Assembly (NCBI RefSeq): GCF_039654945.1
Contig: NW_027361784.1
Span: 35,526,001 to 35,590,000 of the forward strand
Reading direction: 5' to 3'
Source: Dendrobates tinctorius
Taxonomy: Eukaryota
Length of the DNA stretch: 64,000 bases
In this document: piece by piece, positions 33,821 through 47,389 of the stretch
How positions within the stretch are numbered: position 1 is the first letter of the stretch
Layout of the letters: each line of letters opens with the position of its first letter
Translations under genes and position numbers: made by a program
The notes under the pieces: generated by a model
Told to the model about the DNA's origin: nothing
What the model saw: the letters and a program-made list of their open reading frames with translations, nothing else
Database searches by the model: none

Positions 33821-34091
33821 ATAATATTGATAATCTTTATTTTTATATAGCGCTAACATATTCCGCAGCGCTTTACAGTTTGCACTCATTATCATCACTG
33901 TCCCCGATGGGGCTCACAATCTAAATTCCCTATCAGTATGTCTTTGGTGTGTGGGAGGAAACCGGAATACCCGGAGGAAACCCACACAAACACGGGGCGA
34001 ACATACAAACTTCTTGCAGATGTTGTTCTTGGTGGGATTTGAACCCAGAACTCCAGCGCTGCAAGGCTGCAGTGCTAACCACTGAGCCACC
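33821..34091 (-). mobile_element. Full-length tRNA-derived V-SINE inserted in CR1
   Basis: Minus strand: A box TGGCTCAGTGG, B box GGTTCAAATCC, V-domain TGGGTTTCCTCCGGG...GGTTTCCTCCCACA, L2-like tail GTAAAGCGCT...AATAAA. Confidence 0.92.
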
Positions 34092-34551
34092 GTTTTTCCA
34101 CCAACATAGAAGAGGATTCTTTACTGTTAGGGCAGTGAGAATCTGGAATTCCCTGCCTGAGGAGGTGGTGATGGCGAACTCAGTCAAGGGGTTCAGGAGA
34201 GGCCTGGATGTCTTCCTGGAGCGTAACAATATTGTATCTTACAGTTATTAGGTTCTTTAGAAGGACGTTGATCTGGGGATTTATTCTGATGGAATACAGG
34301 CTGAACTGGATGGACTAATGGCTTTTTTTCAGCCTTGCTAACTATGTTACTATGGGTCCTTTCCCGGCGCACACACACACATAAGCCTGTGACTCCTACT
34401 TTCCCTTCCCAAACACAGAATAAGCCTGTGAGTCCAGTTTCCCCTATGCCCACACATACAGGATATATGCCCGTGAGTCTTGGTTTTTCTAACCACTCAT
34501 AGAATAAGCCTGAGTTTGGCTTCCCCTCCCCCACCCACACACACAGAATTA

Positions 34552-34843
34552 GGGTGTGTGCACACGTTGCGGATACTGCTGCGGATCCGCAGCAGTTTCT
34601 GCTGTGTTGTACAGTACCCTTTTAGTCTATGGGAAATGAAATCCGCAGTGCACACATTGCAGAATTTTCCGCGGTTTCAAATCCGCAGCATGTCAATTCT
34701 TTGTGCGGATTCCGCTGTGGTTTGGCACCTGCTCCATGACAGGTGTCAAACCGAAGGGGAAACCCGCAGGCTTAATCGCAGAAAATCTGCAGATAAAAAT
34801 TTAGACAAATCCGCAGGACAATCCGCAACGTGTGCACACAGCC
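34552..34843. mobile_element. Harbinger-type MITE related to 32421-32785
   Basis: GGGTGTGTGCACACGTTGCGGAT ... ATCCGCAACGTGTGCACACAGCC with TTA/TAA flanks. Confidence 0.85.
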
Positions 34844-35920
34844 TAAGCCTGTGAGTCCTGATTCCTCCTGCCAATACTCAAAAAAAAATTCATGAATCCT
34901 GCTTCCTTGCCCGTACGCAGAGTAGTAAGTGTGCAAGTCGTGCCTTCCCTGCCAACACGCAGAATAAGACTGCGAGTCCGGATTTCTTTTCTAGAGAGCA
35001 TCTGCTTGTAAAAGCAATGACCAAAGCAAGATGTGATCTCTGCCGTTTCACTGTTTAAATGCCATGTCAGTCACTGATGTGATTGCGTGTGGGTCTTTAT
35101 GACAGTTTTCTGCTGAAGCTCCTTATGGTTTCCATTGTTGATCTTCTTAACAAGCCCAGATGGCAATCTGCGATATATGTACAGTATGTACTACAGTATA
35201 TAGTATAAGCCATCAAATAATGACAGGTTCAGATGCCCTAAAGGAACTAAAAAAATAAAAGTACGGTAGTAATTCAAAAAAGAAATGTTAAAAAAAAAAA
35301 AAGAAATATAACTTTAAATAGTGAAATAAAAGAAAAAAAAGAATATTTTCTATAGTCGTGTCTGTCAAAGTCAAAAATCTAAAAGCCAAAACTGCCATTT
35401 TTTTAGTTTGTCACACCTTAAAAAAAAAAAAAAAAAAAATGCAGTAAAAGATGATTAAAAACATCATATGTACCCAAAATGGTATAAATACAAACATCAA
35501 CTTTGCCCAAAAAGCAAACCCTCACACAGCTTCATGGACAGAAAGATAAAAAATTATGGGCCTCAGACATATACTGCATTTTTATTTTACAAAGTCCTGG
35601 AGAATCGTGCTGCCGGGTCATATTTACTGCACAATGAAAATCCTAAAAGTACAATGGCAGCGTTCCTTATTACTGATCGTTCTGTGCGCATAAAAGTGTC
35701 TATACAGGCCATGAAACCACCACTTCATGGCTGCTGATGGCCAGTTTACACTGAGTAAAAGTTATGATATTGGTGGAGAGAGATTGTATTTATCACAGTG
35801 CAGGGAAGTGGGGAGGCTGGACTTGCTGGAGAGGCTGGGCTCGCAGGGGGAGGCTGAACTCTGGGGAGGCTGAGCTTGCAGGGGGAGGCTGCGGAGGCTG
35901 GACTCCCAGGGGGAGGCTGC

Positions 35921-36157
35921 GGAGGCTGGCCGCGCTGGGGGAGGCTGGCCGCGCTGGGGGAGGCTGGCCGCGCTGGGGGAGGCTGGCCGCGCTGGGGGAG
36001 GCTGGCCGCGCTGGGGGAGGCTGGCCGCGCTGGGGGAGGCTGGCCGCGCTGGGGGAGGCTGGCCGCGCTGGGGGAGGCTGGCCGCGCTGGGGGAGGCTGG
36101 CCGCGCTGGGGGAGGCTGGCCGCGCTGGGGGAGGCTGGCCGCGCTGGGGGAGGCTGG
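35921..36157 (+). repeat. 19-bp G-rich minisatellite (GGAGGCTGGCCGCGCTGGG), ~12 perfect copies
   Basis: Exact tandem repeat, preceded by degenerate copies from ~35810. Confidence 0.95.
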
Positions 36158-36876
36158 GCTCAGTGCCTGCACCATGACACACATTTACATTACAGTCTGG
36201 TGAAACACATTGTGCCTTGACTTGGTTTCCAGTAGTAGTAGTGGTCATAAACTTGTAAGTAACTTGTGAAATAATAAAGTTACGTTAAAACCAAGCACAC
36301 CATTGTTTTTCTTGTGAAATTCTCAATGAGTTTGATTTGTCACATGACCCTCTTCCCATTGGAAAAAATAAAGTTGGATCCAAAATGGCCGACTTCAAAA
36401 TGGCCGCCATGGTCACCACCCAGCTTGATAAGTTTCCCCCCCTCCCATATACTAATGTGCCACAAACAGGAAGTTGATATCACCAACCATTCCCATTATA
36501 TTTAGGTGTATTTAGGTGGTCCATACACGGATTGACATGCACAGACCGGCTGCCGCTCTCCTGACCTGGCCTGTCAGTATAGCTGCACTACACGGTGTAT
36601 TATCTTTGTTATCAAATGATGGCATGTTTCAAGTTCAGTTGTGGGACCAATAAATATTGTATGTAAGAAAAAGATTAATTAGAAAAGTTTAAAAACTCAC
36701 AAGCAATGCCAGAATTGCTGTTTTTGTTCGCTTTGCATGGAATAAAACAAGACCCTATACCGCCGTGTACGCAGACAAATGACCGTTATGGTCCTCAGAT
36801 TCTGATGCGAAAATGTTTTTTTGAAAAGTTATGTTAGTAACGGCGGAACGCACTAAATAAAAATAATAGTAAAGTG

Positions 36877-37699
36877 TGTTCGCCGCTCGGGGTCCACCGT
36901 GCAGTAGGTGATATAACCGCTGCTAAGTGGTGGTAGAAGCAATATCGCGGAAATGCGCACAGGGTTAAACGTCACCCAGGTGCGCAGAGCAATCTCTAAG
37001 TCACAGGAATGCCAAATAAACACAAACACAAAAGACTGAGCCTGTTGAGGTCACAGTACTCAGTAAAAACGCACACGCGGTATCCGGTCACAGGAGTAGC
37101 CCAAGGCGGCGGCACTACGTCCGTCTAGACCTACCGTGTGTGCGACGTTGCAGCTGCGGACGCTAAGGAGGCTGCTACTGCAGCGCGGCGTGGACACTGC
37201 CGCTAAACGACAAGGCTAAGGTGCATGCGCAATGTCGGACTCTAGCAGCTGTGGATGTTGCAGCAGAGGAGCGCTGGCGCTGATTCTAACTCAGTCCCTG
37301 ACCACATACTGTACGTAATATCAGAGGGAAGGGGTTTTATAATGAGTCATTCACCAGAATCATGCATCCGTCCTCATACACACAGCAGCAAGTAAGTCTA
37401 TACTAGCGCATGGCGGAACAGCCATGGGCGCATTTTATAGCAGCCGGGACCTTCTGCAAGCCTCCAGATCTCTGAGATGGACCAATGAGATGTGGAGCAG
37501 GACCTGAGCACATGACTCCCGATGGGAGATCATCCCGTGAGCATGCCCAGTAGGAGGACAGAAGGACTTAGCCTCAGGAGAGATTTGCTGCAAGGCAATC
37601 TCCTCTGCAATCTGCTCTGCAGTAGATAAACAGCAGGAGACTGCAGAATGTGAGGGTCTGGATCCCTGCGGAGTAAACGCAGAAATCCGACGCCTAACA
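36877..37699. mobile_element. Candidate solo LTR
   Basis: TGTTCGCCG ... CGCCTAACA termini, flanks AGTG/AGTT, GC-richer than its surroundings, TTTTATAG TATA-like site. Confidence 0.45.
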
Positions 37700-38510
37700 A
37701 GTTGTTTTCTTGTGCGAAGGTAGTAAAACATAAAAAGAGTTATAAATCAGATTTCCCTGTAATATTTACTTGCACTATAAAACGGTTACTTCATTCCAGA
37801 TGATAAATAAAAAAAAGCATTGCTGGAACTTCCAGTTTTTGTACATTTCTCTGACTATGAAAAAAAAGTAGATTAAAAAGTGACAAAGTTGTGTGCACCC
37901 CAAAATTGTACCATTGAATCTCCATTGTCCTGCAGCTCGTCCCTCAAAAAGAAGTCCTCATACAACACTATTGACAGAAGGAAAACTATAATTATTTTGT
38001 TTTTTTTTCCATAGTACATATTTGCTGCTGTTGTGATGTCCCATCCTATAAACCTACAGGCATTATTTATCGTGACTGCTATTAAAAAAATGAAAAATAT
38101 CCAAAAACAATGGCAGAATTACATTCTTTGTTCTCGTCTTAGAAAAAACAAAACACAAGTAAATGAAGTTGATCAATAAGTAAAATCTATTTTTAATTGA
38201 AAGGAAAAAAAAAAATAATACAAATATTAATAAAACGCTGATCTGATCCCTTCAAGAGTGGAATCCTCTGGATATGCAAATGAGTCTGTAAGTGCAGTGG
38301 GGCGGGACTGAGCACTTCTACTGCATCGAATTCCAGCTCCATTCTCAGACTAAGGCTTGATCCGCACACATGTTACCATTCTAAATAATAGTCATCTGTC
38401 ATCTTTATTGCATCAGGTTTTTTTTTTTTTTTTTGGGAGCAGGGAATTGAGGCAGTGGAAGTGCTCTGTCTCGCCCACTGCACTTCCAGTGTCATTTGCA
38501 TATCACTTTT

Positions 38511-41185
38511 AAACAAACCCTCCATAGTAGCGGACGGAAAGGAATGTGTAAAATAATCAATATTTTTATTTATATTTAAAAATTATACAGTAATTCAACA
38601 ACAATAAAAGGACGCCTCATGTCAAAGAGCAGGTATAATTCCACTACCGACACATAGTTTAGGATATGAAAAAGCCCAAATCTAAATGGTTATATGGCTT
38701 TCTGGATTTATTAGGTCAGTTTAATGGTTAATGATTGGTTAATGGTTATTAATTCATTCAGCGGTATCGGGATGAGCGCATGCGCCTTTGGTGTTAGGCT
38801 GGGATCCCCTTCTCCTTGCACTCGATGGTAGCGGTTACTTCCGCCTGGCTTCGGCTGGGTGGAACGTATGCGTTCCATCGCCGCTGGAGGTGGGAGGTCC
38901 GTGTGGGTGTGACGTTGGGGTCGCAGGCGCCGACATGTCTTGATGCTGGTGTCGGGCCTGGGGAAGACATATGGCGGTGACTTCCGCTGATTGGAACGCA
39001 TGCGGTCCATCACCGTTTTAGGTGGGAGGTTGCAGTCACGGTGACGTGTGGGGGTCACATGCCCTGACCGGTCCTGCCGCTGACGCCAGATACTGGGAAG
39101 TAACAATGAGGATATAGGTGATTGATTACACATACAGTTAGGTCCATATATATTTGGACAGAGACAACATTTTTCTAATTTTGGTTCTAGACATTACCAC
39201 AATGAATTTTAAATAAAACAGTTCAGATGCAGTTGAAGTTCAGACTTTCAGCTTTCATTTGAGAGTATCCACATTAAAATTGGATGAAGGGTTTAGGAGT
39301 TTCAGCTCCTTAACATGTGCCACCCTGTTTTTAAAGGGACCAAAAGTAATTGGACAGATTAAATAATTGTAAATAAAATGTTCATTTCTAGTACTTGGTT
39401 GAAAACCCTTTGTTGGCAATGACTGCCTGAAGTCTTGAACTCATGGACATCACCAGACTCTGTGTTTCCTCCTTTTTGATGCTCTGCCAGGCCTTCACTG
39501 CGGTGGTTTTCAGTTGCTGTTTGTTTGTTGGACTTTCTGTCTGAAGTTTAGTCTTTAACAAGTGAAATGCATGCTCAATTGGGTTGCGATCAGGTGACTG
39601 ACTTGGTCATTCAAGAATATTCCACTTCTTTGCTTTAATAAACTCCTGGGTTGCTTTGGCTTTATGTTTTGGGTCATTGTCCATCTGTAGTATGAAACGA
39701 CGACCAATCAGTTTGGCTGCATTTGGCTGGATCTGAGCACACAGTATGGCTCTGAATACCTCAGGATTCATTCGGCTGCTTCTGTCCTGTGTCACATCAT
39801 CAATAAACACTAGTGACCCAGTGCCACTGGCAGCCATGCATGCCCAAACCATCACACTGCCTCCGCCGTGTTTTACAGATGATGTGGTATGCTTTGGATC
39901 ATGAGCTGTACCACGCCTTCACCATACTTTTCTCTTTCCGTCATTCTGGTAGAGGTTGATCTTGGTTTCATCTGTCCAAAGAATGTTCTTCCAGAACTGT
40001 GCTGGCTTTTTTAGATGTTTTTTTTAGCAAAGTCCAGTCTAGCCTTTTGATTCTTGATGCTTATGAGTGGCTTGCACCGTGCAGTGAACCCTCTGTATTT
40101 ACTTTCATGCAGTCTTCTCTTTATGGTAGATTTGGATATTGATACGCCTACCTCCTGGAGAGTGTTGGTCACTTGGTTGGCTGTTGTGAAGGGGCTTCTC
40201 TTCACCATGGAGACTATTCTGCGATCATCCACCACTGTTGTCTTCCGTGGGCGCCCAGGTCTTTTTGCATTGATGAGTTCACCACTGCTTTCTTTCTTTC
40301 TCAGGATGTACCAAACTAGATTCTGCCACTCCTAATGTTGTAGCAATTTCTCGGATGGTTTTTTCTGTTTTTGCAGCTTAAGGATGGCTTGTATCACCTG
40401 CATGGAGAGCTCCTTTGACCGCATGTTCCCTTCACAGCAAAACCTTCCAAATGCAAGCACTGCACCTCAAATCAACTCCAGGCCTCTTATCTGCTTAATT
40501 AAGAATGACATAACAAAGGGATTGCCCACACCTGTCCATGAAATAGCCTTGGAGTCAATTGTCCAATTACTTTTGGTCCCAAAATTAGAAAAATGTTGTC
40601 TGTCCAAATATATATGGACCTAACTGTATTTACGGATGATCACGTGAGGGTAAAAACAAGTTCGGATAGGTCAGCGGGCATGATGAAACACCTCCAGCCT
40701 CCATTAGAGCACGCCCCCGGAAGAGGAATACATAGAAACGCGCATTGAGGTGAGAGACAGGGCAATTTCGGCTTACCACTAAGGTAATGATACTTTCTAT
40801 GCACCTGCTCTTCATTTGGTTTTTATATTGCTTACTTGGGCCTGCAATGTCATTTACATGCACGAAGGCACTTTCTAGGGTTTTAGTCTATTACCTACCT
40901 GATATATATCCAACTTTTGCCCTTGGACACTTTACTAAGGAGATATCCATATACATAGAGATGGTATTGTAAATATATAGTTAAACTTATGACCCAGTAA
41001 ATCCAGCAAGCCACATAACCATTTAGATTTGGTCTTTTTCATGTAAAACTATGAGTGGGTAGTGGAATTAGACCTGCTTTTTGATATGAGGCATCCTTTT
41101 ATTGTTGAATTACTGTATGATTTTGAAATAATATTGATTATTTTACACACTATTTTCCGTCCGTTACAGTGGAGGTATTGTTTAA
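38511..41185. mobile_element. Element with ~200-bp diverged inverted arms (38511-38720 / 40990-41185), possibly a Penelope-like relic, interrupted by a Tc1
   Basis: AAACAAACCCTCCATAGTAGCGGACGG...ATTAGGTCA is the approximate reverse complement of TGACCCAGTAAATCC...CCGTCCGTTACAGTGGAGGTATTGTTT. Confidence 0.55.
39135..40626 (-). mobile_element. Decayed Tc1 DD34E (family CAGTTAGGTCCATA...), copy 1
   Basis: TA TSD, TIR CAGTTAGGTCCATATATATTTGGACAG, frameshifted transposase, deletion within one long TIR. Confidence 0.93.
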
Positions 41186-41259
41186 TATAATGTATGGTTA
41201 TTAGGTAAAATATCAATCCAGCAGACGTGTGGATTGTAATATTTGATGTCTGAAGTTTG

Positions 41260-41672
41260 GCACACGGTTCCAGTGATGTGTCACTTACTAGGCTGCGTTT
41301 TGCTATTTCAATACAATCAGTATTTTATTAGCAGGAGATTATCACTACAGGACAAGGGATGTCGGGCCTCTTAGTCTAACCACGCCCCCAGCACTGATTG
41401 GTAGCTTTATATCTATACAGTGTACACAGAAAGCTGCCAGTCAGTGGTGTAGGCGGGTTATACAGAGAGAGCAGCCAATCAGGGGAGTGGGCGGAGTTAT
41501 ACACTGCTCAGCATTCCGAGCTCTGCTCGATCTGCAGCAGAGAAAACTGTGATTGTATCATAAATGCTGCACCCAGTAAACTAAACTACACATCGCTGGA
41601 ATCGGGGTCTCTGCCTCTCCATCATGCTGCTGTCAGATTACATTGCAAAACCTGCTGACAGATTCCTTTTAA
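41260..41672. mobile_element. Truncated T2/Kolobok-like MITE (same family as 57828-58278)
   Basis: Shared sequence ending CCTGCTGACAGATTCCTT|TTAA. Confidence 0.7.
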
Positions 41673-42450
41673 TTGCCTATCCTCGGGATCAGCAATGCCG
41701 AAGTCTACACACAGCGCCGTACATTTATGAGTACCTTATTGACTGGGTTGCAGAAATCTGCAGTAGCGGACACAGCCACTATGAAACGTGGGGCGCTGTT
41801 CCTTGCATACAGTGAAGGGGATTTGGCGGTCGTTGGACTACTGTGTTCTCCGTCAATCATATATTTGTTGGTACCCCACAGGTGTGAAATTAATGGTCTA
41901 TACAGATATTTCTGACGGTCAGAATAGCCGTGCTTATTGTCTATGTGCCAGAATCCTTAACGAACAGGGAAACTGTTAATGTGAACAGAGCAGTAAGTAG
42001 ATGATAAAGTGCACCCCCCCAGTCTCTGCCTATGGTGGCGGGATAGTGGCAGAGCGGGAGAATCGTCTGCGGATATCGCTTCCCATCACCACATAACGTG
42101 GCCTAAGGAGGAGACAGAATATCCTCATTGTGAGCGGGTGGCATCGGGGAGTGATGTTTCATTACCTTGCAGGATCTAGTTTGTGCATCCTCTAGTAAGG
42201 TTGTGTTCACATTAGCTTTTTTTTATAATTTATTTATTTTTTTAAAGGAAATATCAACAAAAAAACGAACCACAGTTTAAATATTTTTTTAAAAAGATAC
42301 TTAGTTTTCTGTATCATTATTGATAAAAGAAAATCCTTTCTGTTTTCATTTTGAGTTTTTATAATAGGCTGATAAGTTCTGTTCTATAGAGAACTCTTCT
42401 CCACAGTCCAATTGTCACAGGGCAGTATTACAATGAAAGGTAATAAATAA

Positions 42451-42454
<4 letters not shown>

Positions 42455-42512
<58 letters not shown>
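42455..42512. repeat. (AT)n microsatellite
   Basis: About 29 AT units. Confidence 0.98.
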
Positions 42513-42515
<3 letters not shown>

Positions 42516-42519
42516 GTGT

Positions 42520-42940
42520 GTAACACAGGATCCACCACTCACAATATATGATGTCACAGCTCACCTCCTCCCCCTCCAGTACAATGACTGGTAACACATC
42601 TAAATACACTAGATGACACAGGATCCACCATTCACAATAGGGAATATCACTGTTCACCTCCTCCCCCTCTGGTACAATGACTGATAACACCTCTATATAC
42701 AGTAGATAACACAGGATCCACCATTCACAATAGGTGATGTCACAGCTCACCTCCTCCTCCTGTACAATGACTGATAACACCTCTATATACAGTAGATAAC
42801 ACAGGATCCACCATTCACAATAGGTGATGTCACTGCTTACCTCCTGTGCAATGATTGATAGCACCTCTATATACAGTAGGTCACACTGGAGCTACCATTC
42901 ATAATAGGTGATATCACAGCTCACCTCCCCCTCCTTCCTG
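42520..42940 (+). repeat. ~90-bp minisatellite (GATCCACCATTCACAATAGGTGATGTCACAGCTCACCTCC...)
   Basis: 4-5 tandem copies. The same family occurs inverted at 59820-60148 and 61771-61925. Confidence 0.9.
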
Positions 42941-43207
42941 CACAGTGTGTCCTGCACAGATCAGTGTATGCTTAGAAATCTTTTCTTTGGATGTTGGAGC
43001 CAGTCTATTGCTGCCCATGTGGCTGCTGTTATATCGCTAAACGCTTTTATTAGTATCTGAGGCAAGCTGCGCCCCCACGAGCCTTCAAATAATACAAATC
43101 CTAAATCACAAAAATACTTTAAAAAAAAAAATCTGTCATGGTCCAGTTTATATTAATAAAAGTAATATAGGCGATGCAGGAAATTATCGGCAGTCGTTGA
43201 CCCCTTA

Positions 43208-44688
43208 CAATAGTGTTCAAGATACTAGCCGTCCAATATCACTAACCAGATGAATCCCTGGTTTTGGTATAAATTATATCGCCACACGTGTCACAATTTA
43301 CCAGTCGGTGCAGTTGATACTAAGAAAACCCCCAGACTCGGCATTCGTGATCTGCAAGTTTTTGAGTCTGTATATTAGAATAATTAATTGATAGGTGATG
43401 TGTTCAAAATAATAGCAGAGTGGGGTCCAATTAGTGAGGTCAGTCATTCTGTGAGGAAACCGATGGGAATCCGGTGGCCCTTATTTAAAGGGAACCTGTC
43501 AGCAGGATTGTGCCCAGTAACCTACAGACAGTGTCAAGTCGGCTCAGTTATACTGATTACATTGCTAGCTGGTGATGAAATCCGTCTTGTGGTTGTTGTT
43601 TAATCCTTATCTTCAATTTTCAGTTAATCATATGCTCGTGCTTTGGGGTGACCTGTGGATGGGGGGGGGGGGGCTTTATGTGGTGCTCTGATGAGATGTT
43701 CATAATGCAGCCTGCTGACAGTGACCTGCTGTCATGCTATTGCAGTGCAGTATAGTGCAACCTCCACCAGGGGGTGCTGGTGAGGGAAGAGAGGTTGCAC
43801 ACACGGTGTAGCAACACTGAGGAGCAGCACTGGTGCAACCAGATGGCGAAAGAGTGCTCAGACAAGCAGAGTCAGAAACAGTCAGGAGCAGAAGTACCAG
43901 AGGTCACAGCAGTACACGTGGTCAGGAACAAGCCATGGGATCATCAACGGTTGGAAAGCGGATAAGACAAAGACAAAAGACAGAAGCAGGTCCGAATGCA
44001 AGCCAAGTCAAAACCAGGGAGTCAACGAACTTACAGGGAAACACTGAGTCAGGACAAATAGAGGGAAAAAGCAGACACGGTGCAAGTCAGGGATCACAGC
44101 AATGCAAATCAGGATATACCAGAGTCAGATACACACGCCAAAGGCAGAAATATAGCTGACACTGCCTGCAGGAAATAGCAAACTTGAGACCAGCCTGAGG
44201 CTGAGAAAAGTTAACCCCTGAAATGACCAGACCGGGAACATGGAAAGAAAGGACTCCAAACCTGGTCTGGAACATAACGCCTAGTTTATATAATATTATA
44301 TGTATTGAGAAAAGAAAATCACATTCAGCAGGAAGCTACCAGTGGCGTCACTGCATCATGATTGCATCTATAATATGCATTAAATTGTTTTTAGTCATAT
44401 ACATTTATTCTGGGGGAAAAAACCAGATGCTTCTATGATAGATGCCACTGCACAAGCGCTGTCGGCGCCATCTTGGCGGAGACTATTTTTTTTTCCCTCT
44501 AGCAAAATGTGTGGTAGCATCTATTGAATCACCGATAGATCCTACTGTTCAGGCGCAGTCGGCGCCATTTTGAGAGAGATTTTTTTTTTTCAGAATAAAT
44601 ATATATGACTAAAGCAATTTAATGCATATTATAGATACGATCATGTTGCAGTGCAGGTGCCGCCTCCGGCACCTGCCTGCTGAATGTG

Positions 44689-44721
<33 letters not shown>

Positions 44722-46149
44722 CATATAATATTCAGAATGTAAAATAGGGGCAAGTCAGTGAGGGATCAGTGACCTGTCAGAAGCCATCAGTATGAATAGC
44801 TAATCAGAGCACCACAGGAAGCTGCCCCGGAGATCTCATGAACTGAAAATAAAGATTAAACCACGACCACAAGACGGATTTCATCACCAGGTATCACTGT
44901 AATCAGTATAACGGCGCCGACCTGACACTGCCTGTAGGTTACTGGGTACAATCCTGCTGACAGGGCCACTTTAAGGTGGAATCCTGGACATGTCATGCAT
45001 GCATTTCTCCTTGGAAGCCTGAGAAATAAGGGTCGTTCGAGACCTTATTCAGAAGAACAGCGTGCTTTGGTTGTGCAGAGTTCTGCTTAAATAATGTCCA
45101 ATGCTTTAAAACGGAAAGCCAAACCAGAGGGACGTGGAAGAAGATGGAAGAATAACGGAGGCTCAGCTCTAGAATGATCACAGACAGTGTCAAGTGACCT
45201 GTGAGGACTGTGACAGAAGACGCCTGTGTGACGCTAATCTCTCAGCATAAAGTCCCACAGGTAAAACAGAGACGTACTGAAGCGGATACAATTTGCCAAA
45301 GAACACATCACCTTGCCTAAAGAGAAATGGAGAAACGGATTGTGGACTGGTGAAAGTAAAATTGTTCTTTTTGGTTCCAAGGTCTGCTGACTGTTCATCA
45401 GACGACCCTCACACTCTGCGATCAGGCCACAGTACACCCTGCAGACAGTGAAGCATGGTGGGGGAGCATCATGATATGGACATGTTTCTCTTACTGTGGT
45501 GCCGGACCTTGTTACCGCACACCAGGGATCATGTACCAGTTTCCATATATTAATATACTTGAAGAGGATATGCCCTTGAAATGGGGGTTTCACCACGACA
45601 ACGACCCTAAACACACCAGTAAACGAGCAACATCTTGGTTTCTGTTCAACAAAATCTTGGTTATGGAGCGGCCGGCCCAATTCCCCAGACCTTAGTCCGA
45701 TAGGACACTTGTGGGATGACATCAAAAATGCAGTTTCTGAGGCAAAGCCAACAAAGGCCAAAAAATTGTGGGTTGTAGTCCGAGCATCCTGGGCTGGAAG
45801 AACAGGGGCCGGAAGTTGGGTGACTCCATGCGACATAGATGTGAAGCCGTTCTAAAAAACTGTGGGTAACAACGAAACATTAGGTCAGTGATTCACAGGA
45901 ATGCGAAATCCACACTAAAAATACGTATTGTGAGTCTGCAAAGACAAATGCCGACGCTGCTGTTCTTTAGAACAGGACATTGTTCATTTTTTGCTATTTT
46001 CTGTAAGGTAGTTATAAATGATCTCCGTTTTTCTTCATGTTGTGAATTAGAGAACAGTGTGCGATGTTCCCAAAGCTGGAAATAAAAACTGGTAGAAAGA
46101 TTTTGTGATCATGTTTCTGAACACACTGCTGTTATTTAGAACACTACTG
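43208..46149 (+). mobile_element. Old IR-DR Tc1 interrupted by a T2-like MITE (43489-44970) containing a probable solo LTR (~43730-44279)
   Basis: TA|CAATAGTGTTCAAGATA ... TATTTAGAACACTACTG|TA. Transposase remnants WTGES, VKHGGG, HDNDPKH, DLSPIGHLW. MITE TTAA|AGGGAACCTGTCAGCAGG ... CCTGCTGACAGGGCCACT|TTAA. Confidence 0.8.
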
Positions 46150-46589
46150 TATATGATCAGTCCCATCGAGATGTGGTGTTGGGGTCCTGCTGGTATTATA
46201 GCCGCCACTTTAGGTTGAAACTACAATGATAACACAGGTGTGAACACAGCCGAGGATCTGCTGTAACACTGTTAGAAATTTCAGTAGCAGCAGGTTTTAT
46301 GTTAACGTTGTTTTTCTTTTCGGTATTTTTTTCTTCCATGGTTTCAACGTCTACACAGTATTCTCATAGAATTATCTGTGAACTGATTCCAGAACTTGTC
46401 TTGTCCCTGAATACACTTTTATAGTCCTGTGCGATAGGCGTGTGGTCTGCTCTCTGCTGTGGTAGGTGTCTGGCCAGGCTCCTTGTTGGCGTCACACCTG
46501 TTAGTGAATAGTGTCCCCCCTCTAACACATAATATCTGGGAAGGACAAAGCTACCTGGGAGTATTGGGTGAGGACTAAAGCCCTGCTGT

Positions 46590-47350
46590 GACCACTGGGG
46601 AAGAGGAAGCTCTGCCATGACTAATGGGGGACTGATTGCAGCATTAACTACTCAAGGAAAGTGTTAGACATTCTGATGTGACTGCGGGGGGATTAGGAAG
46701 CTCTGTAGTGATTATTGGGGGACTGATTGCCGCAGTAAGTACTGGAGGAAAATCGGAGAAATTCTGATGTGACTGCTGGGGAATAGGAAGCTCTGTCATG
46801 ACTATTGGGGGGACTGACTGCGGTAGTAAGTATAAGAGGAAAGTCGGAGAGGTTCTGATGTGACTGCTGGGGAATAGGAAGCTCTGGAGCGACTGCGGCA
46901 GTAACTATAAGAGGAAAGTCACAGACTCTGATGTGACTGCTAGGAAATAGGAAGCTCCGGCATGACTATTGGGGGGGGGGATTGACTGCAGCAGTAATTA
47001 TTGGTTAGGTTCTGATTTGACTGCTGAGGAATAGGAAGCTGTCATGGCTTTTGGGGAGACTGACTGCGCCAGTAACTATAAGAGGAAAGTTGAAGGGGTT
47101 CTGATGTGACTGCTGGGAAACAGGAAGCTCTGTCATGACTACTGGGGGGACTGACTGTGGCAGTGACTTCTGGACGAATGTCAGAGAGGTTCTGATGTGA
47201 CTCCTGGGGAACAGGAAGCTCTGTCAATGACTACTGCGGGGACTGGCCTTGGCAGTGACTTCGGAAGAATGTCGGAGAGGTTCTGATGTGACTGCTGTGA
47301 ATAAGGAGGAGCACTATAATGACTATTCTGGTAAGTTCCACAGTTGTAAC
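46590..47350 (+). repeat. Degenerate ~90-bp tandem repeat related to 50170-52030
   Basis: Recurring GGAAGCTCTGTCATGACTATTGGGGG...TTCTGATGTGACTG. Confidence 0.85.
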
Positions 47351-47389
47351 TACTGCAGGAAAGGTGATCCAAAGATCCCAGCACAATTA

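Larger units (their letters stand above)
31966..34354 (+). mobile_element. 5'-truncated, internally deleted CR1 LINE (ORF2 pseudogene)
   Basis: LDLIL...LGNSDHN (APE end), KSPGPDGIHPRVLREL, DWRIGNVVPIFK, QHGFM...SCQTNL, YLDFS, then a deletion at ~33500. 3' end TTTTTCAGCC...ACTATGTTACTATG. Confidence 0.93.

Noticed and set aside
34030-34091. tRNA gene
   Set aside because: The A and B boxes belong to the head of a V-SINE, followed by the V-domain and a LINE-like tail.
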